From the human T2T-CHM13v2.0 reference genome, Homo sapiens, in contig CP068257.2 of assembly GCA_009914755.4 (NCBI GenBank), forward strand, positions 1,632,001 to 1,696,000: 64,000 nt of DNA, written 5' to 3'. This document shows positions 30,541-45,600 of this stretch, one piece after another. The notes beneath the pieces are model-generated. The model worked only from the letters and a program-made list of their open reading frames with translations. It made no database searches and was not told the origin of the DNA. Within the stretch, counting starts at the first letter, position 1, and every line of letters starts with the position of its first letter. The translations under genes and the position numbers were made by a program.

Positions 30541-33380
30541 CACCAGATATATATTTTATAGTGTACATAAAATATCAAGGTACCCAAACTATACATTATA
30601 TACTGTACATAAAATATGAAATTACATCAAATATATATTATATTAGGTACCTAAAATATGAAAGTACATCTAATATAGATTATATACTGTACAGAAAATA
30701 TCAAAGTACCCCAAATATATATTATAAACTGTACATGAAATATGAAAGTTCACAAACTATATATTATATACTGTACATAAAATATCAAAGTACTCAAGGT
30801 ATATATTCTATACTGTACAAAAAATATCAAAGTACCCAAAGCATGTATTATATACTGTACCTAAAATATGAAAGTACATCAAATATATATTTTATTCTGT
30901 ACATAAAATAACAAAGTACACCAGATATGTATTTTATAGTGTACATAAAATATCAAAGTACCGAAAGTATACATTACATACTGTACATAAAATATGAAAT
31001 TACATCAAATATATATTATATTAGGAACATAAAATATGAAAGTACATCAAATATAGATTATTAACTGTACAGAAAATATCAAAGAACCCCAAATATATAT
31101 TTTATACTGTACATGAAATATCAAACTTCACAAACTATATATTATATAATGTACATAAAATATCAAAGTACCCAAGGTATATATTCTATACTGTACAAAA
31201 AATATCAAAGTCCCCAAAGCATGTGTTATATACTGTACATAAAATATGAAAGTACATCAAATATAAATTTTATTCTGTACATAAAATATCAAAGTACACC
31301 AAATATATATTCTATACTGTACATAAAATATCAAAGTACCCAAACTATACATTATATACTGTACATAAAATATGAAATTACATCAAATATATATTATATT
31401 AGGTACATAAAATATGAAAGTACATCAAATATAGATTATATGCTGTACACTAAATACCAAAGTACCCCAAATATATATTTTATACTGTACATGAAATATC
31501 AACGTTCGCAAACTATATATTATATAATGTAGATAAAATATCAAAGTACCCAAGGTATATATTCTATACTGTACAAAAAATATCAAAGTATCCAAAGCAT
31601 GTATTATACACTGTACATAAAATATGAAAGTACATCAAATATATATATTATTCTGTACCTAAAATATCAAAGTACACCAGATATATATTCTATAGTGTAC
31701 ATAAAATATCAAAGTACCCAAACTATACATTATATACTGTACATAAAATATGAAATTACATCAAATATATATTATATTAGGTACGTAAAATATGAAAGTA
31801 CATCAAATATAGATTATATACTGTACATAAAATATAAAAGTACCCCAAATATATATTATATACTGTACATGAAATATCAAAATACACAAACTATATATTA
31901 TATAGTGTACATAAAATATCAAAGTACCCAAGGTATATGTTCTATGCTGTACAAAAAATATCAAAGTACCCAAACCATGTATTATATACTGTACATAAAA
32001 TATGAAATTACAACAAATATATATTTTATTCTGTACATAAAATATCAAAGTACACCAGATATATAATTTATAGTGTACATAAAATATCAAATTACCGAAA
32101 CTATACATTATATCGTGTACATAAAATATGAAATTACATCAAATATATATTATATTAGGTACGTAAAATATGAAAGTACATCAAATATAGATTATTAACT
32201 GTACATAAAATATCAAAGTACCCCAAATATATATTATACACTGTACATGAAATATCAAAGTTCACAAACTATATATTATATACTGTAGATAAAATATCAA
32301 AGTACACAAGGTATATATTCTATACTGTACAAAAAATATCAAAGTACCCAAAGCATGTATTATATACTGTACATAAAATATGAAAGTTCATCAAATATAT
32401 ATTTTATCCTGTACATAAAATAACAAAGTACACCAGATATATATTTTATAGTGTACATAAAATATCAAAGTACCCAAACTATACATTATATACTGTACAT
32501 AAAGTATGAAATTACATCAAATATATATTATATTAGGTACCTAAAATATGAAAGTACATCAAATATAGATTATTAACTGTACATAAAATATCAAAGAACC
32601 CCAAATATATATTATATACTGTATATGAAATATTAAACTTCACAAACTATATATTATATACTGTACATAAAATATCAAAGTACCCAAGGTATATATTCTA
32701 TACTGTACAAAAAATATCAAAGTACCCAAAGCATGTATTATATACTGTACATAAAATATGAAAGTACATCAAATATATATTTTATTCTGTACATAAAATA
32801 ACAAAGTACACCAGATATATATTTTATAGTGTACATAAAATATCAAAGTACCCAAACTATACATTACATACTGTACATAAAGTATGAAATTACATCAAAT
32901 ATATATTATATTAGGAACATAAAATATGAAAGTACATCAAATATAGATTATTAACTGTACATAAAATATCAAAGAACCCCAAATATATATTATATACTCT
33001 ACATGAAATATCAACGTTCGCAAACTATATATTATATACTGTAGAAAAAATATCAAAGTACCCAAGGTATATATTCTATACTGCACAAAAAATATCAAAG
33101 TATCCAAAGCATGTATTATACACTGTACATAAAATATGAAAGTACATCAAATATATATATTATTCTGTACCTAAAACATCAAAGTACACCAGATATATAT
33201 TTTATAGTGTACATAAAATATCAAAGTACCCAAACTATACATTATATACTGTACATAAAATATGAAATTACATCAAATATATATTATATTAGTTACCTAA
33301 AATATGAAAGTACATCAAATATACATTATTAACTGTACATAAAATATCAAAGTACCCCAAATATATATTATATACTGTAC
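30540..33380. repeat. Transition domain with mixed monomer variants (e.g. agattattaactgtac, ctgtacctaaaa, aaagaaccccaaat), still on a roughly 378-bp HOR
   Basis: The variant motif attattaactgtac recurs near 31060, 32195, 32570, 32950 and 33330 (about 378-bp steps after the first). Monomer order remains A-I-like. Confidence 0.6.
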
Positions 33381-36300
33381 ATGAAATATCAAAGTTCACA
33401 AACTCTATATTATATACTGTACATAAAATATCAAAGTACCCAAGGTATATATTCTATACTGTACAAAAAATATCAAAGTACCCAAAGCATGTATTATATA
33501 CTGTACATAAAAGATGAAAGTACATCAAATATATATTTTATTCTGTACATAAAATATCAAAGTACACCAGATATATATTCTATAGTGTACATAAAATATC
33601 AAAGTACCCAAACTATACATTATATACTGTATATAAAATATGAAATTACATCAAATATATATTAGGTACATAAAATATGAAAGTACATCAAATATGGATT
33701 ATATACTGTACATAAAATATCAATGTACCCCAAATATATATTATATACTGTTTATGAAATATCAAAGTTCACAAACTATTTATTATATACTGTATATAAA
33801 ATATCAAAGTACCCAAGGTATATATTCTATACTGTACAAAAAATATCAAAGTACCCAAAGCATGTATTATATACTGTACATAAAATATGAAAGTACATCA
33901 AATATATATTTAATTCTGTACATAAAATATCAAAGTACACCAGATATATATTCTATAGTGTACATAAAATATCAAAGTACCCAAACTATACATTATATAC
34001 TGTACATAAAATATGAAATTACATCAAATATATATTATATTAGGTACATAAAATATGAAAGTACATCAAATATAGATTATATACTGTACATAAAATATCA
34101 AAGTACCCCAAATATATATTATATACTGTACATGAAATATCAAAGTTCACAAACTATATATTATATACGGTACATAAAATATCAAAGTACCCAAGGTATA
34201 TATTCTATACTGTACAAAAAATATCAAAGTACCCAAAGCATGTATTATATACTGTACATAAAATATGAAAGTACATCAAATATATATTTTATTCTGTACA
34301 TAAAATATCAAAGTACACCAGATATATATTCTATAGTGTACATAAAATATCAAAGTACCCAAACTATACATTATATACTGTACATAAAATATGAAATTAC
34401 ATCAAATATATATTAGGTACATAAAATATGAAAGTACATCAAATATAGATTATATACTGTACATAAAATATCAAAGTACCCAAATATATATCATATACTG
34501 TACATGAAATATCAAAGTTCACAAACTATATATTATATACTGTACATAAAATATCAAAGTACCCAAGGTATATATTCTATACTGCACAAAAAATATCAAA
34601 GTACCCAAAGCATGTATTATAGACTGTATATAAAATATGAAATTACATCAAATATATATTTTATTCTGTACATAAAATATCAAAGTACACCAGATATATA
34701 TTCTATAGTGTACATAAAATAACAAAGTACACAAAGTATAAATTATATACTGTACATAAAATATGAAATTACATCAAATATATATTAGGTACATAAAATA
34801 TGAAAGTACATCAAATATAGATTTTATACTGTACATATAATATCAAAGTACCCCAAATATATATTTTGTACTCTACATGGAATATCAAAGTTCACAAACC
34901 ATATATTATATACTGTACATAAAATATCAAGGTACCCAAGGTATATATTCTATACTGTACAAAAAATATCAAAGTACCCAAAGCATGTATTATATACTGT
35001 ACATAAAATATGAAAGTACATCAAATATATATTTTATTCTGTACGTAAAATTTCAAAGTACACCAGATATATATTCTATAGTGTACATAAAATATCAAAG
35101 TACCCAAACTATAAACTATATACTGTACATAAAATATGAAATTACATCAAATATATATTAGGTACATAAAATATGAAAGTACATCAAATATAGATTATAT
35201 ACTGTACATAAAATATCAATGTACCCCAAATATATATTTTATACTCTACATGAAATATCAAAGTTCACAAACCATATATTGTATACTGTACATAAAATAT
35301 CAAAGTACCCAAGGTATATATTCTATACTATACAAAAAATATCAAAGTACCCAAAGCATGTATTATATACTGTACCTAAAATATGAAAGTACATCAAATA
35401 TATATTTTATTCTGTACATAAAATATCAAAGTACACCAGATATATATTCTATAGTGTACACAAAATATCAAAGTACCCAAACTATACATTACATACTGTA
35501 CATAAAATATGAAATTACATCAAATATATTTTATATTAGGTACATAAAATATGAAAGTACATCAAATATAGATTATACACTGTACATTAAATACCAAAGT
35601 ACCCCAAATATATATTTTATACTGTACATGAAATATCAAACTTCACAAATTATATATTATATAGTGTACATATAATATCAAAGTACCCAAGGTATATATT
35701 CTATACTGTACAAAAAATAACAAAGTACCAAAAGCATGTATAATATACAGTACATAAAATATGAAATTACATCAAATATATATTTTATTCTGTACATAAA
35801 ATATCAAAGTACACCAGATATATATTCTATAGTGTACATAAAATATAAAAGTACCCAAACTATACATTATATACTGTACATAAAATATGTAATTACATCA
35901 AATATATATTATATTAGGTACATAAAATATGAAAGTACATCAAATATAGATTATATACTGTACATTAAATACCAAAGTACCCCAAATATATATTTTATAC
36001 TGTACATGAAATATCAAAGTTCACAAACTATATATTATATACTGTACATAAAATAAAGTCCCCAAGATATATTCTATACTGTAGAAAAAATATCAAAGTA
36101 CCCAAAGCATGTATTATATACTGTATATAAAATATGAAAGTACATCAAATATATATTTTATTCTGTACATAATATATCAAAGTACACCAGATATATATTC
36201 TATAGTGTACATAAAATAACAAAGTACAAAAACTATAAATTATATACTGTACATAAAATATGAAATTACATCAAATATATATTAGGGACATAAAATATGA

Positions 36301-37830
36301 AAGTACATCAAATATAGATTATATACTGTACATAAAATTTCAATGTACCCCAAATATATATTTTATACTCTACATGAAATATCAAAGTTCACAAACCATA
36401 TATTATATACTGTACATAAAATATCAAAGTACCCAAGGTATATATTCTATACTATACAAAAAATATCAAAGTACCCAAAGCATGTATTATATACTGTACC
36501 TAAAATATGAATGTACATCAAATATATATTTTATTCTGTACATAAAATATCAAAGTACACCAGATATATATTCTATAGTGTACACAAAATATCAAAGTAC
36601 CCAAACTATACATTATATACTGTACATAAAATATGAAATTACATCAAATATATTTTATATTAGGTACATAAAATATGAAAGTACATCAAATATAGATTAT
36701 ATACTGTACATTAAATACCAAAGTACCCCAAATATATATTTTATACTGTACATGAAATATCAAAGTTCACAAACTATATATTATATACTGTACATATAAT
36801 ATCAAAGTACACACGGTATATATTCTATACTGTACAAAAAATAACAAAGTACCAAAAGCATGTATAATATACTGTACATAAAATATGAAAGTACATCAAA
36901 TATATATTTTATTCTGTACATAAAATATCAAAGTACACCAGATATATATTCTATAGTGTACATAAAATATCAAAGTACCCAAACTATACATTATATACTG
37001 TAAATAAAATATGAAATTACATCAAATATATTTTATATTAGGTACATAAAATATGAAAGTACATCAAATATAGATTATATACTGTACATAATATATCAAA
37101 GTAACCCAAATATATATTATATACTCTACATGAAATATCAAAGTTCACAAACAATATATTATATACTGTACATAAAATATCAAAGTACCCAAGGTATATA
37201 TTCTATACTGCACAAAAAAATCAAAGTACCCAAAGCATGTATTATATACTGTATATAAAATATGAAAGTACATCAAATATATATTTTATTCTCTACATAA
37301 TATATCAAAGTACACCAGATATATATTCTATAGTGTACATAAAATAACAAAGTACACAAACTATAAATTATATACTGTACATAAAATATGAAATTACATC
37401 AAATATATATTAGGTACATAAAATATGAAAGTACATCAAATATAGATTATATACTGTACATAAAATATCAATGTACCCCAAATATATATTTTATACTCTA
37501 CATGAAATATCAAAGTTCACAAACCATATATTGTATACTGTACATAAAATATGAAAGTACCCAAGGTATGTATTCTATACTGTGCAAAAAATATCAAAGT
37601 ACCCAAAGCATGTATTATATACTGTACATAAAATATGAAAGTACATCAAATATATATTTTATTCTGTACATATAATATCAAAGTACACCATATATATATT
37701 CTATAGTGTACATAAAATATCAAAGTACCCAAACTATACATTATATACTGTACATAAAATATGAAATTACATCAAATATATATTAGGTACATAAAATATG
37801 AAATTACATCAAATATAGATTATATACTGT
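33350..37830. repeat. 4.4-kb block that is duplicated about 25.4 kb downstream (partner at 58700-63200)
   Basis: Pseudo-ORF pairs: 33381/58743, 33640/59002 and 34504/59866 (offset 25362); 35136/60125 and 35736/60725 (offset 24989); 36260/61629 and 37388/62757 (offset 25369). Each pair differs by 0-3 residues. The offset shifts imply one internal deletion of about 373 bp (roughly one HOR) and one 7-bp indel between copies. Confidence 0.8.
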
Positions 37831-38424
37831 ACATATAATATCAAAGTACCCAAGGTATATATTCTATACTGTACAAAAAATATCAAAGTACCCAAAGCAT
37901 GTATTATATACTGTACATAAAATATGAAAGTACATCAAATATATATTTTATTCTGTACATAATATATCAAAGTACACCAGATATATATTCTATAGTGTAC
38001 ATAAAATAACAAAGTACCCAAACTATACATTATATACTGTACATAAAATATGAAATTACATCAAATATATATTATATTAGGTACATAAAATATGAAAGTA
38101 CATCAAATATAGATTATACACTGTACATAAAATATCAAAGTACCCCAAATATATATTATATACTCTACATGAAATATCAAAGTTCACAAACTATATATTA
38201 TATACTGTACATAAAATAAAGTCCCCAAGGTATATATTCTATACTGTAGAAAAAATATCAAAGTACCCAAAGCATGTATTATATACTGTATATAAAATAT
38301 GAAAGTACATCAAATATATATTTTATTCTGTACATAATATATCAAAGTACACCAGATATATATTCTATAGTGTACATAAAATAACAAAGTACAAAAACTA
38401 TAAATTATATACTGTACATAAAAT

Positions 38425-41400
38425 ATGAAATTACATCAAATATATATTAGGTACATAAAATATGAAAGTACATCAAATATAGATTATATACTGTACATAA
38501 AATTTCAATGTACCCCAAATATATATTTTATACTCTACATGAAATATCAAAGTTCACAAACCATGTATTATATACTGTACATAAAATATCAAAGTACCCA
38601 AGGTATATATTCTATACTATACAAAAAATGTCAAAGTACCCAAAGCATGTATTATATACTGTACCTAAAATATGAAAGTACATCAAATATATATTTTATT
38701 CTGTACATAAAATATGAAAGTACACCAGATATATATTCTATAGTGTACATAAAATATCAAAGTACCCAAACTATACATTGTATACTGTACATAAAATATG
38801 AAATTACATCAAATATATATTATATTAGGTACATAAAATATGAAAGTACATCAAATATAGATTATACACTGTACATAAAATATCAAAGTACCCAAAATAT
38901 ATATTATATACTCTACATGAAATATCAAAGTTCACAAACTATATATTATATACTGTACATAAAATAATGTCCCCAAGGTATATATTCTATACTGTAGAAA
39001 AAATATCAAAGTACCCAAAGCATGTATTATATACTGTATATAAAATATGAAAGTACATCAAATATATATTTTATTCTGTACATAATATATCAGAGTACAC
39101 CAGATATATATTCTATAGTGTACATAAAATAACAAAGTACAAAAACTATAAATTATATACTGTACATAAAATATGAAATTACATCAAATATATATTAGGT
39201 ACATAAAATATGAAAGTACATCAAATATAGATTATATACTGTACATAAAATTTCAATGTACCCCAAATATATATTTTATACTCTACATGAAATATCAAAG
39301 TTCACAAACCATATATAATATAATGTACATAAAATATCAAAGTACCCAAGGTATATATTCTATACTATACAAAAAATATCAAAGTACCCAAAGCATGTAT
39401 TATATACTGTACCTAAAATATGAATGTACATCAAATATATATTTTATTCTGTACATAAAATATCAAAGTACACCAGATATATATTCTATAGTGTACACAA
39501 AATATCAAAGTACCCAAACTATGCATTATATACTGTACATAAAATATGAAATTACATCAAATATATTTTATATTAGGTACATAAAATATGAAAGTACATC
39601 AAATATAGATTATATACTGTACATTAAATACCAAAGTACCCCAAATATATATTTTATACTGTACATGAAATATCAAAGTTCACAAACTATATATTATATA
39701 CTGTACATATAATATCAAAGTACACAAGGTATATATTCTATACTGTACAAAAAATAACAAAGTACCAAAAGCATGTATAATATACTGTACATAAAATATG
39801 AAAGTACATCAAATATATATTTTATTCTGTACATAAAATATCAAAGTACACCAGATATATATTCTATAGTGTACATAAAATATCAAAGTACCCAAACTAT
39901 ACATTATATACTGTACATAAAATATGAAATTACATCAAATATATTTTATATTAGGTACATAAAATATGAAAGTACATCAAATATAGATTATATACTGTAC
40001 ATAATATATCAAAGTAACCCAAATATATATTATATACTCTACATGAAATATCAAAGTTCACAAACAATATATTATATACTGTACATAAAATATCAAAGTA
40101 CCCAAGGTATATATTCTATACTGCACAAAAAAATCAAAGTACCCAAAGCATGTAGTATATACTGTATATAAAATATGAAAGTTCATCAAATATATATTTT
40201 ATTCTCTACGTAATATATCAAAGTACACCAGATATATATTCTATAGTGTACATAAAATATCAAAGTACCCAAACTATACATTATATACTGTACATAAAAT
40301 ATGAAATTACATCAAATATATATTAGGTACATAAAATATGAAAGTACATCAAATATAGATTATATACTGTACATAAAATATCAATGTACCCCAAATATAT
40401 ATTTTATACTTTACATGAAATATCAAAGTTCACAAACCATATATTGTATACTGTACATAAAATATCAAAGTACCCAAGGTATATGTTCTATACTGTACAA
40501 AAAATATCAAAGTACCCAAAGCATGTATTATATACTGTACATAAAATATGAAAGTACATCAAATATATATTTTATTCTGTACATAAAATATCAAAGTACA
40601 CCAGATATATATTCTATAGTGTACATAAAATATCAAAGTACCCAAACTATACATTATATACAGTAAATAAAATATGAGATTACATCAAATATATATTATA
40701 TTAGGTACATAAAATATGAAAGTACATCAACTATAGATTATATACTGTACATTAAATACCAAAGTACCCCAAATATATATTTTATACTGTACATGAAATA
40801 TCAAAGTTCACAAACTATATATTATATACTGTACATAAAATATCAAAGTACCCAAGGTATATATTCTATACTGTACAAAAAATATCAAAGTACCCAAAGC
40901 ATGTATTATATACTGTACCTAAAATATGAAAGTACATCAAATATATATTTTATTCTGTACATAAAATATCAAAGTACACCAGATATATATTCTATAGTGT
41001 ACATAAAATATGAAAGTACCCAAACTATACATTATATACTGTACATAAAATATGAAATTACATCAAATATATATTATATTAGGTACATAAAATATGAAAG
41101 TACATCAAATATAGATTATACACTGTACATAAAATATCAAAGTACCCAAAATATATATTATATACTCTACATGAAATATCAAAGTTCACAAACTATATAT
41201 TATATACTGTACATAAAATAAAGTCCCCAAGATATATATTCTATACTGTAGAAAAAATATCAAAGTACCCAAAGCATGTATTATATACTGTATATAAAAT
41301 ATGAAAGTACATCAAATATATATTTTATTCTGTACATAATATATCAAAGTACACCAGATATATATTCTATAGTGTACATAAAATAACAAAGTACAAAAAC

Positions 41401-44400
41401 TATAAATTATATACTGTACATAAAATATGAAATTACATCAAATATATATTAGGTACATAAAATATGAAAGTACATCAAATATAGATTATATACTGTACAT
41501 AAAATTTCAATGTACCCCAAATATATATTTTATACTCTACATGAAATATCAAAGTTCACAAACCATGTATTATATACTGTACATAAAATATCAAAGTACC
41601 CAAGGTATATATTCTATACTATACAAAAAATATCAAAGTACCCAAAGCATGTATTATATACTGTACCTAAAATATGAAAGTACATCAAATATATATTTTA
41701 TTCTGTACATAAAATATGAAAGTACACCAGATATATATTCTATAGTGTACATAAAATATCAAAGTACCCAAACTATACATTATATACTGTACATAAAATA
41801 TGAAATTACATCAAATATATATTATATTAGGTACATAAAATATGAAAGTACATCAAATATAGATTATACACTGTACATAAAATATCAAAGTACCCAAAAT
41901 ATATATTATATACTCTACATGAAATATCAAAGTTCACAAACTATATATTATATACTGTACATAAAATAATGTCCCCAAGGTATATATTCTATACTGTAGA
42001 AAAAATATCAAAGTACCCAAAGCATGTATTATATACTGTATATAAAATATGAAAGTACATCAAATATATATTTTATTCTGTACATAATATATCAGAGTAC
42101 ACCAGATATATATTCTATAGTGTACATAAAATAACAAAGTACAAAAACTATAAATTATATACTGTACATAAAATATGAAATTACATCAAATATATATTAG
42201 GTACATAAAATATGAAAGTACATCAAATATAGATTATATACTGTACATAAAATTTCAATGTACCCCAAATATATATTTTATACTCTACATGAAATATCAA
42301 AGTTCACAAACCATATATAATATAATGTACATAAAATATCAAAGTACCCAAGGTATATATTCTATACTATACAAAAAATATCAAAGTACCCAAAGCATGT
42401 ATTATATACTGTACCTAAAATATGAATGTACATCAAATATATATTTTATTCTGTACATAAAATATCAAAGTACACCAGATATATATTCTATAGTGTACAC
42501 AAAATATCAAAGTACCCAAACTATGCATTATATACTGTACATAAAATATGAAATTACATCAAATATATTTTATATTAGGTACATAAAATATGAAAGTACA
42601 TCAAATATAGATTATATACTGTACATTAAATACCAAAGTACCCCAAATATATATTTTATACTGTACATGAAATATCAAAGTTCACAAACTATATATTATA
42701 TACTGTACATATAATATCAAAGTACACAAGGTATATATTCTATACTGTACAAAAAATAACAAAGTACCAAAAGCATGTATAATATACTGTACATAAAATA
42801 TGAAAGTACATCAAATATATATTTTATTCTGTACATAAAATATCAAAGTACACCAGATATATATTCTATAGTGTACATAAAATATCAAAGTACCCAAACT
42901 ATACATTATATACTGTACATAAAATATGAAATTACATCAAATATATTTTATATTAGGTACATAAAATATGAAAGTACATCAAATATAGATTATATACTGT
43001 ACATAATATATCAAAGTAACCCAAATATATATTATATACTCTACATGAAATATCAAAGTTCACAAACAATATATTATATACTGTACATAAAATATCAAAG
43101 TACCCAAGGTATATATTCTATACTGCACAAAAAAATCAAAGTACCCAAAGCATGTAGTATATACTGTATATAAAATATGAAAGTTCATCAAATATATATT
43201 TTATTCTCTACGTAATATATCAAAGTACACCAGATATATATTCTATAGTGTACATAAAATATCAAAGTACCCAAACTATACATTATATACTGTACATAAA
43301 ATATGAAATTACATCAAATATATATTAGGTACATAAAATATGAAAGTACATCAAATATAGATTATATACTGTACATAAAATATCAATGTACCCCAAATAT
43401 ATATTTTATACTTTACATGAAATATCAAAGTTCACAAACCATATATTGTATACTGTACATAAAATATCAAAGTACCCAAAGTATATGTTCTATACTGTAC
43501 AAAAAATATCAAAGTACCCAAAGCATGTATTATATACTGTACATAAAATATGAAAGTACATCAAATATATATTTTATTCTGTACATAAAATATCAAAGTA
43601 CACCAGATATATATTCTATAGTGTACATAAAATATCAAAGTACCCAAACTATACATTATATACAGTAAATAAAATATGAGATTACATCAAATATATATTA
43701 TATTAGGTACATAAAATATGAAAGTACATCAACTATAGATTATATACTGTACATTAAATACCAAAGTACCCCAAATATATATTTTATACTGTACATGAAA
43801 TATCAAAGTTCACAAACTATATATTATATACTGTACATAAAATATCAAAGTACCCAAGGTATATATTCTATACTGTACAAAAAATATCAAAGTACCCAAA
43901 GCATGTATTATATACTGTACCTAAAATATGAAAGTACATCAAATATATATTTTATTCTGTACATAAAATATCAAAGTACACCAGATATATATTCTATAGT
44001 GTACATAAAATATGAAAGTACCCAAACTATACATTATATACTGTACATAAAATATGAAATTACATCAAATATATATTATATTAGGTACATAAAATATGAA
44101 AGTACATCAAATATAGATTATACACTGTACATAAAATATCAAAGAACCCAAAATATATATTATATACTCTACATGAAATATCAAAGTTCACAAACTATAT
44201 ATTATATACTGTACATAAAATAAAGTCCCCAAGATATATATTCTATACTGTAGAAAAAATATCAAAGTACCCAAAGCATGTATTATATACTGTATATAAA
44301 ATATGAAAGTACATCAAATATATATTTTATTCTGTACATAATATATCAAAGTACACCAGATATATATTCTATAGTGTACATAAAATAACAAAGTACAAAA

Positions 44401-45600
44401 ACTATAAATTATATACTGTACATAAAATATGAAATTACATCAAATATATATTAGGTACATAAAATATGAAAGTACATCAAATATAGATTATATACTGTAC
44501 ATAAAATTTCAATGTACCCCAAATATATATTTTATACTCTACATGAAATATCAAAGTTCACAAACCATATATTATATACTGTACATAAAATATCAAAGTA
44601 CCCAAGGTATATATTCTATACTATACAAAAAATACCAAAGTACCCAAAGCATGTATTATATACTGTACCTAAAATATGAATGTACATCAAATATATATTT
44701 TATTCTGTACATAAAATATCAAAGTACACCAGATATATATTCTATAGTGTACACAAAATATCAAAGTACCCAAACTATACATTACATACTGTACATAAAA
44801 TATGAAATTACATCAAATATATTTTATATTAGGTACATAAAATATGAAAGTACATCAAATATAGATTATATACTGTACATTAAATACCAAAGTACCCCAA
44901 ATATATATTTTATACTGTACATGAAATATCAAAGTTCACAAACTATATATTATATACTGTACATATAATATCAAAGTACCCAAGGTATATATTCTATACT
45001 GTACAAAAAATAACAAAGTACCAAAAGCATGTATAATATACTGTACATAAAATATGAAAGTACATCAAATATATATTTTATTCTGTACATAAAATATCAA
45101 AATACACCAGATATATATTCTATAGTGTACATAAAATATCAAAGTACCCAAACTATACATTATATACTGTAAATAAAATATGAAATTACATCAAATATAT
45201 TTTATATTAGGTACATAAAATATGAAAGTACATCAAATATAGATTATATACTGTACATAATATATCAAAGTAACCCAAATATATATTATATACTCTACAT
45301 GAAATATCAAAGTTCACAAACAATATATTATATACTGTACATAAAATATCAAAGTACCCAAGGTATATATTCTATACTGCACAAAAAAATCAAAGTACCC
45401 AAAGCATGTATTATATACTGTATATAAAATATGAAAGTACATCAAATATATATTTTATTCTCTACATAATATATCAAAGTACACCAGATATATATTCTAT
45501 AGTGTACATAAAATAACAAAGTACACAAACTATAAATTATATACTGTACATAAAATATGAAAGTACATCAAATATATATTAGGTACATAAAATATGAAAG
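38425..45600. repeat. 3002-bp super-repeat: two full copies (38425-41426, 41427-44428) plus a truncated third copy lacking about 748 bp; related 2.9-kb units extend back to about 35.1 kb
   Basis: Pseudo-ORF pairs at +3002: 38425/41427 (2 aa differences), 39173/42175 (identical), 39773/42775 (identical), 40301/43303 (1 difference), 40793/43795 (1 difference). 44429 matches 42175 at +2254 (3002 minus 748). 36260 matches 39173 at +2913. The boundary monomer variant acataaaataaagtccccaag recurs near 38215, 41218 and 44220, also 3002-3003 bp apart. Confidence 0.8.
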
